In this document: positions 1 to 13,526 of the stretch, one piece after another | Position numbering within the stretch: the stretch's first letter is position 1 | Layout: every line of letters begins with the position of its first letter | Origin: Welwitschia mirabilis | Taxonomy: Eukaryota | DNA length: 62,379 nucleotides | Assembly: GCA_051453625.1 (NCBI GenBank) | Contig: JBOZIK010000001.1 | Span: 19,671,376 to 19,733,754, forward strand | Direction of reading: 5' to 3' | Translations under genes and position numbers: made by a program | The notes under the pieces: generated by a model | The model's input: the letters and a program-made list of their open reading frames with translations, nothing else | Told to the model about the DNA's origin: nothing | Databases searched by the model: none

Positions 1-348
1 CAGTTGGTTTCTTGATCCAGACATCCCTGTAAACGTTTCTCTAATCGTTGCAATGCTTTCTCCCCAAGGATCGGGGCTCCAGCCTCCCGAGCATCGTCAT
101 GGAGACCACCACCATCACTGCGGTTCACCATTAGGCTCTAATACCATCTAACGCAGTGTAAGAGCATTCAAAGTTTTACTTCACTGCCTCATTCGGCGAT
201 CTGTGAAGCCCACTACCTCATTCGGTGATCTGTGGTTCAACAGACACTTGGAGGGTAATTAGCCTCCGAATATAAAAACCAATTCTTTATTTTATTCCCC
301 CTAAAACAATACAAAATCCATTTATTTATAGGACATAAGTCCTTTCAA
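1..348 (-). mobile_element. 5' end of a short-LTR retrotransposon (5' LTR truncated by gap, PBS, start of gag)
   Basis: GGCTCTAATACCA at 134-146 reads TGGTATTAGAGCC on the minus strand, a tRNA-iMet PBS. The LTR begins at ~149 (TAACGCAG) and aligns with the complete LTR at 480-821. A minus-strand ATG at 131 opens a frame (MVNRSDGGGLHDDAREAGAPILGEKALQRLEKRL...) that stays open to the window edge. Confidence 0.75.
134..146 (-). promoter_or_regulatory. Primer binding site (tRNA-iMet)
   Basis: TGGTATTAGAGCC versus the canonical plant PBS TGGTATCAGAGC, 2 nt from the LTR end. Confidence 0.85.
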
Positions 349-479
349 NNNNNNNNNNNNNNNNNNNNNNNNNNNNNNNNNNNNNNNNNNNNNNNNNNNN
401 NNNNNNNNNNNNNNNNNNNNNNNNNNNNNNNNNNNNNNNNNNNNNNNNAAGAGTTAAAGAAGGTAATTATGGAGGTTGA

Positions 480-821
480 TGACGCAGCGCGAAAGCGTTT
501 AAAGTTTTACTTCACCGCCTCATTCGGCGATCTGTGAAGCCCACTGCCTCATTCGGTGATCTGTGGGATTTTATCTAGTTCCCCACTGCCTCATTCGGCG
601 ATTTGTGATTCAACAGATACTTCGAGGGCAATTAGCCTCTGAATATAAAAACCTAATTCTTTATTTTTATTTTCCCTAAAATAATACAAAATCCATTTAT
701 TTATAGTACATAAGTTCTTTCAACAGGAATCCCTAGACAATGTGGGACTAAAAACAAGGAAATATAAGATATAGCAAAATATAAAAATAAAACTATAAGG
801 GGGTTGCACCGCTCTGCGTCA
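480..821 (-). repeat. Complete 342-bp LTR, same family as 149-348
   Basis: Perfect 8-bp terminal inverted repeat TGACGCAG...CTGCGTCA. Three internal copies of CAC(T/C)GCCTCATTCGG(C/T)GAT(C/T)TGTG. Minus-strand TATAAAT at ~699-705. No matching 5-bp TSD (GTTGA versus GGTGT). Confidence 0.8.
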
Positions 822-2582
822 GGTGTTAAGCTTTTCCTTAACTTTAATAAAATCTTTAGCATGCACACGTCCACTTAAAAGTTACATTCTTACTAATCAT
901 GTTATAGAGAGGTTTAAATATGTTGCCAAAGTTTTGGATGAATTTCATATAATAATAAGCATAACCAAGAAATACTCTTACATACTTGACTTTAATATAA
1001 AATGAAAAGATAAGAGATCAAGAAAATTTTAGCTAGATCTACTTGGATTTCATCCTTATAGACTATTGTGAGGCCAAATTGAATATTTTTAATCTCATCC
1101 ACAAGGATGTTTTTAGGTCATTTAAATAGATTTTATAAATAATATGGAAAGTCTATTAAAGCTTCATGATTAGCATGAATTAGATAGATTTATTATTGTA
1201 TTTGACTTCTTTCCCATTTTAATTGAAGATTTATTTATTTTACCTTATGAAAGAATAATTAGAAGGATAACTAAAACATCAACCTAAGAGTATCTATATC
1301 ACAATGACCATAACAAAGTTCACATAAGTCATATAATGTTTAAGGAATAAATTTAATTATGAAAAAGTATCAAAGGCTAATATCACACTTAGGGTGGATG
1401 ATTAAAGGTGGTGAAGGTAGAAATAATGTATTTTTGTGATGCAAAATTGCATGTATTTAATAGGATATTTTGAGTAGCTTTGAAAGACATTAGATAGGTT
1501 TAAGTGGAGTTTCAATAATAATAAAGAGTCAATATAGTAATCATGAAAATATAAAATCTTCATTAATTTGATAGCATTTCAGACAAAATACAATACTTCA
1601 AATCTAAATAAGAGTTCAATAATCAAAGAGATGGATTTAACACAGTAAATAAGTTAAAGAGGCCATCCTTCATTTGATTATTTAATGACCATACTAGATG
1701 ATAGAAGTAAGCAAGCTAATCAGGATGTTAACTAGATCAAACTAGAAGCTAATGTGGATCTTGTCTAAGATGGCATTAGCTTTGTCATTGTCCAAATAGA
1801 TAGGATGATACCTAAAATATCTAATGTACTAAACTTTACCTAACTCCTACAAAGTATCATGCATTCCTTACATGCCATTAGTATTCCTACTGCGTCTGTT
1901 AGGTCCCTTCCCCACCTCTTTTAGTATGTTATTATAATAAAATCTTCTTATCCTTAATCTAATTATCTATATTATCTTACACTAGAAATTCTTGTAATAG
2001 GAGATTAAATGGTAGGAGATTCATCCATTATTGCTAATAGAAGTCTTCCTTAGTGTTAGACTGTATCTTCTTCATTGAGGTGCTACTACTCTATAATAAG
2101 ATTCTAGTTTGACATTAATGAAAATATTTTTTTATCTATTTTCTTATGTGCATCTCCCTTATGGTTTATGTTGATTATGATTTTGTGACAACTTTATATT
2201 TGATATAGATCAGGAGGGAAACCTTTATTAAGGTTGAAACTATTAAAGTAGTTGCACTGCATTTCATTTTTCATTTCATAGCTTAATCATTACATGTTTT
2301 TCATATTTAGTTTAACATGCCTGATAGCTTAGGTTGGTAGAATTTAGTAATAGTTTTTCTTAATTGATCTATCTTATACAAGGATAATCTCTTTGATAGG
2401 AAGATCTGGTAGTTAGATAGATATTTCATTTAGAGTATCTTTTATGTTTCATTGCATAGTCTATTTACTTTGCATTGTTTTCTTACATCATTCTTTATTT
2501 TTATCTACTTAAAAGAAAATACAAAGAATATTTCATTTGAAACTAATTCTTTTTCTTATTACCTAGTGCCTTTAATGGATTA

Positions 2583-2994
2583 TGTAATTTTCCTTTTTAC
2601 CATTTTAAGGTCATTTCATTATAAATAGGAAAATATAAATATTATGCCAGAATCAATAATAATAATAAGGAATATTTGGCAAAAGGTGGAATTTATTATT
2701 GGAAAAAATGGATTACATTTCTCATCATTAGCTAATAGCTTTATACTAGTGGTCATAGTTAAATATGTGGACTATAACCTAATTCCCCTCCTAGGACCCT
2801 TGGGGATCAGTTAAGGTTATCATTGGTTACATACACCCAATCTATCCACTCCCATCTAATACCATAGTTTTAAATAGCATAATGAAGGGACACATCCTTT
2901 TATACTTGTGTCACATCCATTTATATTTTTTTAATTACACGTATTCAGTGCTTAACACACTTATTACAAAAAATAGTGAATTTGAAACATTACA
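2583..2994 (-). repeat. 3' LTR of element B
   Basis: Direct repeat of 5668-6080 with TG...CA termini and an adjacent PPT. Confidence 0.9.
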
Positions 2995-3199
2995 TTCCCT
3001 TCCTCTTAGGCATCATGCTTGTCCTTGAGGTAAATTCTCCTCTTCTTCCATTGTTTTTAAAGGCATGCTCATTTAGATTATTTTTTGTATTATTCATAAA
3101 ACATAAGAAAAGAAAAACATTTCATGTTAAGAAATACATTAAAAAGTAAGAAAGTAACATATTATGTTTTACTAAAAGATTTGAAAAAGATCTCCTGAA

Positions 3200-4150
3200 T
3201 ATACTCCCTGCTTTTCCAAGATTGTTGATTACAAATGTATCCATTGGATCTGTACTTTCTTTAAATTTTTATTTCTTAATTACTTAGTACTAGTAGCTAA
3301 AATATTTTCAAGATGACTTTATCTACTTCTGAGTTTTGATGCTTATTCCATCAAGTATCCTATTATTGAAGATAGTGTTTTGTCTTTTGATAGGCATCTT
3401 TAGTTGATTTGATTTCCAAAGTGCAGAGGACGCTTCTGAGTTTGAGTGATAAGTTGCTAATAAAAATATTAATTGACTAACTTTTAAAGAAATTATTTTG
3501 GTTTTTCATCAAGCCTTGGAATTCAAACCAATGTTCATCCAGTGAATGCCTTTCTAAGCAGAGGCATTAAAATTCCACAACTTAATCTTTAATGAAATCA
3601 TCTAGGATGAATTTCCTTTTGAACTCTTCTATGAAGGAGTTCCATGATATTATTTGAGGATGTTTTATTAGCATGTAGGCTACCATTCTTGTGCATTTTC
3701 TACAAGAAAACTAGCAGCATATATGCACCATTTTGCTAGAGGAATATTATAAAGCTTAAAGTAGTTCTTTAATTAATGGATTTAGGAAATGACTTATTCA
3801 TTATTCCTACTTTACCTTTAAATGTTTTTAGGCATATCATATTAGAAATTTTCTCTTCTTCCTTTTGTTCTGAGTTGTAATCATCGTCTCCATTGGATAG
3901 AAAGGCTTGAATATTTGCCTTTATATTTAGTAGTCTCATTTAAATGTTGTGAAGGTTGACTGCATCTGATGAAGTATTATGGCCTAAGGTGAATGGTTGT
4001 TCTTAGGATGCCCTAGGATTTTATTTAATGGTTTTTATTCTAAGTAAGAGAGTAGGTTGTTAATCCTACTAGTAAGGAGTTCATTTTATGAAGAAATATG
4101 ATTTAGTTGGATCTTTATTGTGTTCATTTATCCATTCACTCTGTGTTCCA
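3200..4150 (-). pseudogene. gag: Decayed gag (Retrotrans_gag-like capsid) of element B
   Basis: Minus-strand translation around 3520-3660 gives PQIISWNSFIEEFKRKFILDDFIKD*VVEF*CLCLERHSLDEHWFEFQGLMK, resembling the gypsy gag pattern ITW..F...F...F / EF..L.Q...S..EY...F..L. Boundaries are approximate. Confidence 0.65.
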
Positions 4151-4599
4151 TGATGCGTGAGCTGGTTTGACATCCTTCTAAACTCATTTATATTTTCTTT
4201 TTCACTCCTCCTCTAAAAATAGTTTACTCTTTTTATGGTGGGCATTAGCTTCTTTTATAGTGTTGTTGTCATAGGTAAGGTATCTGTAATTAAAAGATGG
4301 TTAAAAAAAATAGTTAGAAAAACAGTTTTAGTAATTATCATAACATCCCTTGATGAAATGGATTTCGTTGATGATAACTATCATAAAGGTGTATTACTAG
4401 GTACCTTAAGAGTAATGTTGGATAATACGCAAGTGTTAAGGTTAAACTGTGATGTTAGATATTCAAGGATAATGTCAAATATCTAGCTATAATGTTGGGC
4501 ATCTAAGTAAGACATTGGAGCTTCTTTGTGAAGTAAGCATGGGTGAGGTAATAAGTGTTAGAGGCAATGGAAGGTGCCAAGGGATTGTAAGGATAAGGG

Positions 4600-5520
4600 T
4601 AACATCAGTCACCCAAGTATGATATCAAACATCCAAATGTAATATCAAAACGTTTTGTCATGTGAAATGGAGGCAAAGTAGGCTATGCTAGGAGTAAATG
4701 GAATGTCTTAGAAGCCTACAAAAGAACATGTAATGTTAGACACCCAAGTGTGATATCGGACATCCGTAACATCGAGAAGCCTTATCACATGAAAACTGGG
4801 GTAGAGTGGGTTATGCTAGGGATGAATGTGAGGTTCTAAAGGCCTACAAATCCAAGTGCAACATCAAGCACCCAAGTGCAATGTCATGCATCTAAGTGTG
4901 ATGTCAGACATACAAGTATAACATCAAACCTTATTTCGAGAATTAATTCTTGAGTAAAACATAAAGTTTCAGGGCCGTGTGGAAGGCATCCAAGTCTTGC
5001 AGGTTAAAGTACAACATCAATCATCTAAGTATAACATCTAGCATCAAAATATGATATTGGACACTCATGTGCAATGTTGATGTCTGAAGTATGATGTTAA
5101 AACTTCTTAACAGAGCAAAAGTGCCAAGATTAAACAAAAGGTGCTAGAGCATCATGCAATCAAGTGCAATGTTGAGTACTTAAGTGCAACATTGGACAGT
5201 TAAGTACAACATCATACATCCAAGTGTAACATCAAAGCCTTCATCGTAGAGCAACTCAAAGTAGAGCAGGAAGTTCCAGAGCTAAGAAAAAGGTTTTGGA
5301 GCATTATAGGATTAAGTGCAATGTCCGACACTCAAGTGCAATGTCGAATACCCAAGTATGATGTTAAACCTTCCTCATGAAGTAGGTTGAAATGGGGCAG
5401 AAAGCATTGAGATTAAATAGAAGGTGTTAGAGTGTCATGGAACTAAGTGCAATTTTAGATACTTAAGTGCAACATTGGGCACTTAAGTGTAATGTCAGCC
5501 TCATGAAGTGCAACATCATA
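4600..5520. repeat. Degenerate ~21-bp tandem array, in clustered blocks, in the 5' UTR of element B
   Basis: Many units of the form CAC(C/T)(C/T)AAGTG(C/T)(A/G)A(C/T)(A/G)T(C/T)(A/G)GA, e.g. 4741, 4855-4925, 5161-5235, 5313-5365, 5444-5520. Confidence 0.8.
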
Positions 5521-5667
5521 TGAGGTTCCTTAATAGAAGATGACATCCATTTCTGTTATTTCCTTGATTTGATGGAGCATGATAAAATGACATATTCTAT
5601 CTTTATATTCTATTTTGCTTGGATCTTGAAGATGAAAATTTACCATCTTCATGGCTTTGATACCAAA

Positions 5668-6080
5668 TGTAATGTTTCTTTTTACCATTTTAAGGTCATT
5701 TCATTATAAACAGGAACATATAAATATTATGCTAGAATCAATAATAATAACAAGGAATAATTTCTCAAAAGATGGACTTTATCATTGGAAACAGTAGATT
5801 ATGTTTCTCATCATTAGTCAACAGCCTTGGACTAGTGGTTATAGGTAAATATGTGAACTATGACCTGAGTTCCCCTTCTAGGAACTGGGGATTAGCCAAG
5901 GTTGTCATCGGTTATATCCACCCAGTTGATCTACCCTCACCTAATGTCATAGGCTTAAATAGCATAATGAAGGGACACATCTTTTTATACTTGGGTTACA
6001 CCCATTAATATCTCTTGTTAATTATGCTCATTTAGTGGTTAATATACTTATTACATAAATAGTGAATTTGGAACATTATA
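5668..6080 (-). repeat. 5' LTR of element B
   Basis: Direct repeat of 2583-2994 with an adjacent tRNA-Met PBS. Confidence 0.9.
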
Positions 6081-9000
6081 GATTATGACNNNNNNNNNNN
6101 NNNNNNNNNNNNNNNNNNNNNNNNNNNNNNNNNNNNNNNNNNNNNNNNNNNNNNNNNNNNNNNNNNNNNNNNNNNNNNNNNNNNNNNNNNNNNNNNNNNN
6201 NNNNNNNNNNNNNNNNNNNNNNNNNNNNNNNNNNNNNNNNNNNNNNNNNNNNNNNNNNNNNNNNNNNNNNNNNNNNNNNNNNNNNNNNNNNNNNNNNNNN
6301 NNNNNNNNNNNNNNNNNNNNNNNNNNNNNNNNNNNNNNNNNNNNNNNNNNNNNNNNNNNNNNNNNNNNNNNNNNNNNNNNNNNNNNNNNNNNNNNNNNNN
6401 NNNNNNNNNNNNNNNNNNNNNNNNNNNNNNNNNNNNNNNNNNNNNNNNNNNNNNNNNNNNNNNNNNNNNNNNNNNNNNNNNNNNNNNNNNNNNNNNNNNN
6501 NNNNNNNNNNNNNNNNNNNNNNNNNNNNNNNNNNNNNNNNNNNNNNNNNNNNNNNNNNNNNNNNNNNNNNNNNNNNNNNNNNNNNNNNNNNNNNNNNNNN
6601 NNNNNNNNNNNNNNNNNNNNNNAATTGTATAAATATTCACTGCAACATTTTAGCTTTATTACTGGAAAAGGCCCCAAGGAGTTCGAGTATTATCATTACC
6701 CAGATAAGCAGTTTGGATCCATTACAAGTTATTTATTTATGATAGCATTGTATTTTTATCATAGAACTATAGGTTTTTCATTTTGCATTTTCTAATTTTT
6801 GATCTGCAAATAATGTCTCATCATCCTTCCTATTATCTAGACAATGTGCAGTGGATGATAGCTCATAAATTTAGGGTTTTTCTTTTTCATAAAATTTATG
6901 GTTTTCTCATCATCACCTCTATTATCCAAATTAATATTAGTTTTTTTCTATTTATTTTTATAAAACTCCATTTTTTATGTTTTTATTTTTATTTATTTAT
7001 TTTTTTTTTTTTGGATGAGTTGTAGAAACAATTCTAAACATGTAGGAACATGACAACTTTAGATAAAAAGACAAAATATCAAAGAGAGAAGATGCTAATT
7101 GAGGAAAATATCGAAGAGGACTTAGTTGACTATGAACAAAATCCTAGTATGCACACACCAGGTATGCAAGAAATTCCAAGGACTAAACAAGATGATTTTT
7201 CTACATTTAGTATTTTAAAATCTAATTTTTTAAAAGAAAATTATGTACACAAAAATATTAAAGGAAAAAGTTTTATTTCAATGTTAACTTTAATGTAAAA
7301 ACAAAAAGAAATATCATATTCCAATACCCTAATCATGATAAAAACCTCTAATGTAAACATAAATATAGATATATATATTACAATTAAAGAATTAATTGCA
7401 AACAGAAAATGTAAAATCCAAAATCCTTTTGACCTATATTTTAGTGATGATGTCGAGTTAAGAAATTTAAGTGCATATCCTTTATTTTCTAAAGAACATG
7501 ATGAATATCCCTTTCAAGACTTAGCTGACATATAACAACTTCTACTTACTTCATAAAATAGTAAAAAATATATTAGTAATCCTACTTACATGGTACTTTT
7601 CCCCATCACACTTAAAGGAAAAGCAAAATTATGGCTTGAAACTATTCCACACCCAAACGTCTAAAAACATGGAACCAAGTACAAGAAGCCTCTATCAAAA
7701 TATATATGAGTGAAAGTACAATGAGAAAAATAAAAAAAAGTAATAAACTTTCAACAATAACCTAATGAGGATTATGTCATAACATAGAAATAATTCTTCA
7801 TAGTGATACATTCTAATCCTATTGATGAAGTTTCTCAAGAAGAACTAATATATTATTTCTATAGTGGATTAAGTAGTCAAACAAATCAACTTGTAGATTT
7901 TTCTTCTAGTTACAACTTGATGAACTTAATATTAGATAATGCATGAAAGTTGCTAAAAGAATTAGTTGAGATAAGTTAAACTTGGTCTAAACCAACATCT
8001 AACAAAAATCATACTATACAAAAAATCATATAATATATTAAGAAAGTAAGAGAAGAAAAGGAGGAAGTAAATCAAAAAGTAATAAATGTAATTAAGGATT
8101 TTAGTACTAGTTTAGAAAAATGCATATAAATAATGCTTGATGTAAAGGTAACAACTAAAAAGAATGTAATTTCAACTTGCAATTTATGTGAAGGTAATTA
8201 TCATGTAACAAAAAAAAATCCTTTATTACTAACCTACAAAGAGAAACTTTGTAAAGAAGTATGTGCATTTAATTAAAAGCTTTCAAACTTTAGAAATAAA
8301 AATTAATATCCACAAAGAATGAGTGAATAATCAAACTTTTAACCTTATGAAAACAAATTCAAAAGCTTAAACTTTCAAACAAGCTATTCAAATTTCCAAC
8401 CATTTGAAAATAAATTTAAGAGCTCAAATTTTCAATCAAGTAATTTAAATTTCCAATCAAGCAGCTCCAATTTTCATGTAAGTACTTCAAATTTTTAACA
8501 AAATCAAAATGATCCACTTAGAGATTCAATAAAGGAGATAAGAAAATCATAAGAAGAAACTGATACAAATATTGAAAATATAGTTAATTTCCTTCAACAA
8601 AGAATGTTAGTAGAATCAAAGTTCATAAGAATCACTTGTAACTCACCAAACCCTAATGAACTAAAGAAAGATTGGAAAGTTGTAACTAGAAGTAGAAATG
8701 ACATAATGCCTCTTGCCTATTAGGCTTTAACTTCTAAATAAAATGAGAAAGATGATGAAGAAGAAGAGGACGTAGAAATATTTAAAAAACATAACTTCCC
8801 TTCTCCTTATGATAAGCTTACCATGAAAAATTATTTACAAAATAATAAAGAAAAGAAACTACTACCCCTTAGCTTGATAGATTAAACATAAATCCTACTT
8901 TTAATGATTATTTAAAAGATTTAATGCAAGATGTGAGCATAAATTTGCCTTTTTGGATATTCTTATAAGGAACCTTAAATATGTTAAGTTGTGGAAAGAC

Positions 9001-11255
9001 CTAGTTAGGAGGAAACAAAAACAAACCATACCAAGTAAAGCATTTCTTGCTTAATTCATAACCAACATAATCATGCAAAAATGTTCAAAATTTAAAGATC
9101 CTTGGAGAACAATGGTTAGTAATACTTTATAATAAAATAAAAAAATTAAGAAAGCCTTAATTGACCTAGGAGTAATTGTTAATATCATGACTCTTCATAT
9201 TTTTCAAAGAATTGATTTGGAAAATAGAATTGAACCTACATGTATTATCTTAGAGTTGTCTAATCCTTTAGTGAACAAATCATTAGGAATAATAAAATAC
9301 TTGGTGATTTAAATTAAATAAGATTTTTATGCTATTAATATATTTGTTACTGAGGTTAAACATGATGGAGGTTATCCATTACTTTTAGGAAGAGTATTTT
9401 GCGCAATACCCCACTGTATTATTAGCATAGGAACTGGAATGATGGAATGTTATATTAGAAATAAGAAATTTACCATTAGAGTATTTGAAGTCACTGAAAA
9501 ATATTTAGAAGAAGAATGAAGTATAAAGAAAGAAATAAAACCAACTTTATTTTCACAACATCGTCCACTTGAAGAGAAATGATTAATGCTTCATGAGCCT
9601 ACCTTGTATGATGATCTAGTTGAAGTAGAAAATTTTAAATCTTTTAATGTTAATGAACTCAACTATGAACATCTTGTAACTAATTGCTTTGATTATGATA
9701 ATGAAGAAATAGAATCTGTAATCTAGAAAGAAGTCCAACATTTGAAGACAACTAAGAATCTGTATTTTAAGAGGGGTTATCCACCTCTATTATTCAAATG
9801 ATAGTCTGAGACAACAGACAACTCTAAAAAATATATAATAGAAATTGAAAATTATGATTTAAAACTAAAACATTTATTTAGAGGACTAAAATACATCTTT
9901 TTTATTTAATAATTAAAAGAAATCTTTGATAATAAATGAGCATCTTTTCCCTTAATAAGAATCAACTTTGATCTTACTTTTGACTTTTAAGTGCATTTTC
10001 TTCAACTCATAAAGATTTAGTAGTCATCTCTACTTCTATAGTTTAACACAAAATATACCTTGAAGATAATGTAAAACCTAATAGAAAACCCCAATGAAGA
10101 CTAAATCCATTCCTTAAATAAGTCATTAAAATTAAATCATTAAACTAATGGATGATGAAATCATTTCTGCCATTTCTAATAATGAGTGGATTAGCCATTT
10201 GATGATAGAACCTAAAAAAGATATACAGTGGAGAATGTGTATAAATTTTAGAAATCTTAATGAAGTAATAAAGAAAGATCATTGTACTTTGTCCTTTTTA
10301 TATCAAATTATTAATATAATTCAAGGACATGCCTTTTATTATTTTCTTAATGGGTATGGTAATTACAATCATGTTTGTATAGCTAGTGAGAATTAGGAAA
10401 AAAAATAACTTTCACTTTACTTTTTGGAACTTTTAATTTTTGATGCATGCCTTTTATACTTTGGAATGCCCTTAGGATTTTTTAACATGTAAGGATGAGT
10501 ATCTTTTGTGATATGTTAGAGGACTCAATTGAAATTTTTATAGATAATTTCCCAATTTTTAGTGAAAACTTTAAATAAATCATAGAAAGATTAAATCATA
10601 GAAAGATTAGAGAAATCCTTAGATAGATGCATTAAAAGTAATCTATATTTGAGTTGGGAGAAGATTTTCTTTCTTGTTAATAATGGGATTATATTAGATC
10701 ATTACATTTCTAGTAAGAAAATTAAGATGAATCCTATAAAAATAAATATCATTAAAAACCTAAACCCTTTAACAAATGTTAAAGAAGCTAGATCTTTTAT
10801 TGCTTATTATGGTTTCCATCATTTTTTCATTCAGGATTATACTAAAATTTGCAAATCCCTTTACTTGTTACTTGAAAAAGAAGCTAAATTTAATTAGAAT
10901 GAATCATGTCAAATTTCTTTTAAAACACTTAAAGATAAAATCTCTTCTGAACTTATAGTAATAGGACCTAATTGGAATAAATATTTTAAACTATTGTGCA
11001 ATGCTAGTAACATTACTGTGGGTGGGATTCTTGATCAAAAATATGACAAAGATTTTAAAGCCATATCTTATCATAGAAAAACTTTGTCAAAAACTCAATC
11101 TAATTACACCACTACTGAAAAAGAAATATTAGCCATAACATTTTACCTTGATAATCTTAAAAACTATCTTTTAAGCTTTGATATAAATATTACACCAATC
11201 ATGTAGCTATCCTCTACTTTATAATTAAGAAATATTATAGTATTAGACTCATAAA

Positions 11256-12899
11256 TGATAGGATTAAAAACCCTAGAGGGGAGGGGAGGTGTGAATAGGT
11301 TCTTAAAAATTACAACAAGGTATCCTAAATGAATCAAAAATATATCAAAAAATTGCAGAAAATAATTCACTAATTTAAAACGTGCATGAAGAGAAAAGAT
11401 AACAGAAGCATATAAATAGATCAACTGAAAGCAAAAAATACCAAATAGATGCATGTAGGATTTATAGTGGTTCAGGAAACCTCTTATTCCACTCTCAATG
11501 ATCATCTTATCATCAAGCTTGATCTAAATCTTTCTTACTCCACTAAGTATTCTAGGTTTACCTGCAACCTTTACAAATGGACTTTTCCAGGCTTAGTTTC
11601 ATCCTTTGATTGAAATTTTTTAGGATTAGTCTCAATCTTTAAATGGACTTTTCTAGGGTTAATATCAATCTTTAAATGGACTTTTCAAGGCCTAATCTTA
11701 ATCTTTCATAATGTAGAAGAGTGATGCAATGATGATAATATGCACAGATATCACTCGTTCTTGATATAGTAGATTTGTTAGAGCTCTTCTCCTATAGATG
11801 TACAATAGATGAAGCATTAGATCTGACCTTTAATGTAGAGATAATACAAACAATAGATATTCCTTAATCAGAAGTACAAATGCCAAAACTCAATAGTGAA
11901 TATCACAAGATTAAAAGGCTAATTTCTTAGATCCAAAAGATTAACATGATTGAAAAAGGTTCTAAAGGATTTTATAGTCATCTATCTCTTGGATATTTAT
12001 ATTGAGAGGCTTTTAAAGTTTATTAAATTTAAAAATGATCTTCCAACAGAAATTAATGACTAGAAAATGGCTATCTAATGGATATATAATGGATACAAAA
12101 TAGATAGAAAATTTTAGTTACATTCCATTCGGTTGAGCCCTTAAAAGTTTGGTCAATTCCATCTAGCATCGTGACTCACATAAGTTGCCCAAGTAAAAAT
12201 TTTGGTCACCTCAATTTCTTATGGCTTCATGTCTATTCAACTCCATTTAGATTTGATCGATCCTAGTCTGATCACCTGCTATAAAATTTGATTACCCACT
12301 TGTTTTGATAAAGATCTTTCTAATTTCTAGCATTAGTTTCAATCAAACCCTTCATATGTCTGGTCAATCTCATGATGATCAGATTAGAAGCATCATCTGC
12401 ACAATGCTCAAATATAGTCAACCCCATCATAGGTCTAGTTGACTCCTTGTCAATTGGTTTAGGAGTACTATTCCTTGGTTTACAGATTTAATGACCCCAT
12501 CGTAGATCTAGTCAACCTCTTAACATTTAGTCTAGGAATACTATTTATCAGGTCCTCAAATTTGGTTGACCCCATAAATATCTGATTGACCCCTTACCAT
12601 TCAGCTCAGGGACACTAGTTCTTGAGGTTATAAGTCTAGTAAATCCCATCATAAATCCAGTTAACTACTCTAAATTCAGTTTATTTTGTCTATCTACTTT
12701 AGGTGTGATTAACCCCTTGAAAGTATAGTCAACCCCTTAAGAGGGTAAATGAACTTGACAGGTTTTAAGTGCTCAAAATTCAATGGTTTCAGTTTTATCT
12801 TTAAACCTGTAAGTGATTAATAGCATTTGCACATGATATACAAAATTTGTTATATAGAAAACATTAGTTTGACATCAATTAGTAAAATATAATCTAACA
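11256..12899 (-). repeat. 3' LTR of element C
   Basis: Homologous to 18776-20377. Contains four ~33-bp TGGACTTTT(C/T)(C/T)AGG units at ~11577-11706 and many GTYRAC-type motifs. Confidence 0.85.
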
Positions 12900-13526
12900 A
12901 TCTCCCCCTTTGACATTGATGATAAATAATACTTAGTTGTAAAAATATTTAGAACTTAGAAAAGCCCCCATCATAAAATTCCTATTATTATTTTATAAAA
13001 TATTACACCTTTTGAAACCAAGTTAAGATATTTTGAATAATCAAATTTTTGTTCTTAAAATGGAACAAATTTAATATGCACAATTGAAGGGTTAAGAGCA
13101 CAAATTTTATGAAAAGCATAATGTGATCATATAAACCATTTATCATTTTGATTAGTTGTCACATTTTAGAATTTATTTACAACATTATAAATCAACATTT
13201 AAATTTATGAAATAATCATTTAAGACTTTAAAATTTTAAGTTAAGCACATATGATACCAATGGAAATACATGTTAAGCATATATTATTTGCATAAGCACA
13301 AAAAGATTTGAGATACCAATTGAAAATAATTTAGAGCATAAGAGTGAAGTGCATGTAGATTTCATTAAACTTATGCAAACATTACAAAATAAAAGTGCTC
13401 ATCAAGAGCATGCTACATCTAAAATCATAAGAAAACATATAATAATAAACAATTAATTCTCCCTATTTTAACATTAATAACAAAGGAGAGAATAAAAACA
13501 CATAAGCAAAACATAATTTGAAGCTT

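Larger units (their letters stand above)
2583..6080 (-). mobile_element. Non-autonomous gag-only LTR retrotransposon B (TR-GAG-like)
   Basis: LTRs 2583-2994 and 5668-6080 (TGTAAT...ATTACA/ATTATA). Perfect TSD GATTA at 2578-2582 and 6081-6085. PBS TGGTATCAAAGCC at 5653-5665 and PPT AGAGGAAGGGAA at 2995-3006, both on the minus strand. The interior is ~2.65 kb, too short for pol. Confidence 0.9.
1432..6647 (+). repeat. 5' LTR of A1 (interrupted by element B at 2583-6080 and by a gap)
   Basis: 1432-2582 aligns with 26660-27800. The end CACTGCAACA at 6638-6647 matches the LTR end of A2 (GCACTACAACA) and is followed by a decayed PBS, TAGCTTTATTACTGGAAAAGGC. Confidence 0.8.

Noticed and set aside
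4600-5520. Possible CRISPR-like repeat-spacer array
   Set aside because: Units are degenerate and mostly contiguous, the linkers resemble each other, there are no cas genes, and the array is inside a plant retroelement.
6051-6795. Long ORFs of 185-236 aa, and similar X-containing ORFs at 15678, 21766, 34843, 50247 and 59823
   Set aside because: They are artefacts of translating through N gaps or (TA)n.
10148-11206. Endogenous pararetrovirus (Caulimoviridae) RT/RH
   Set aside because: LTRs, a tRNA-Asp-type PBS, gag and a downstream integrase identify it as Ty3/gypsy Athila.
11577-11706. ~33-bp four-copy repeat as an independent satellite or CRISPR
   Set aside because: It is present in both LTRs of element C (also ~19081-19208) and is an ordinary LTR-internal repeat.
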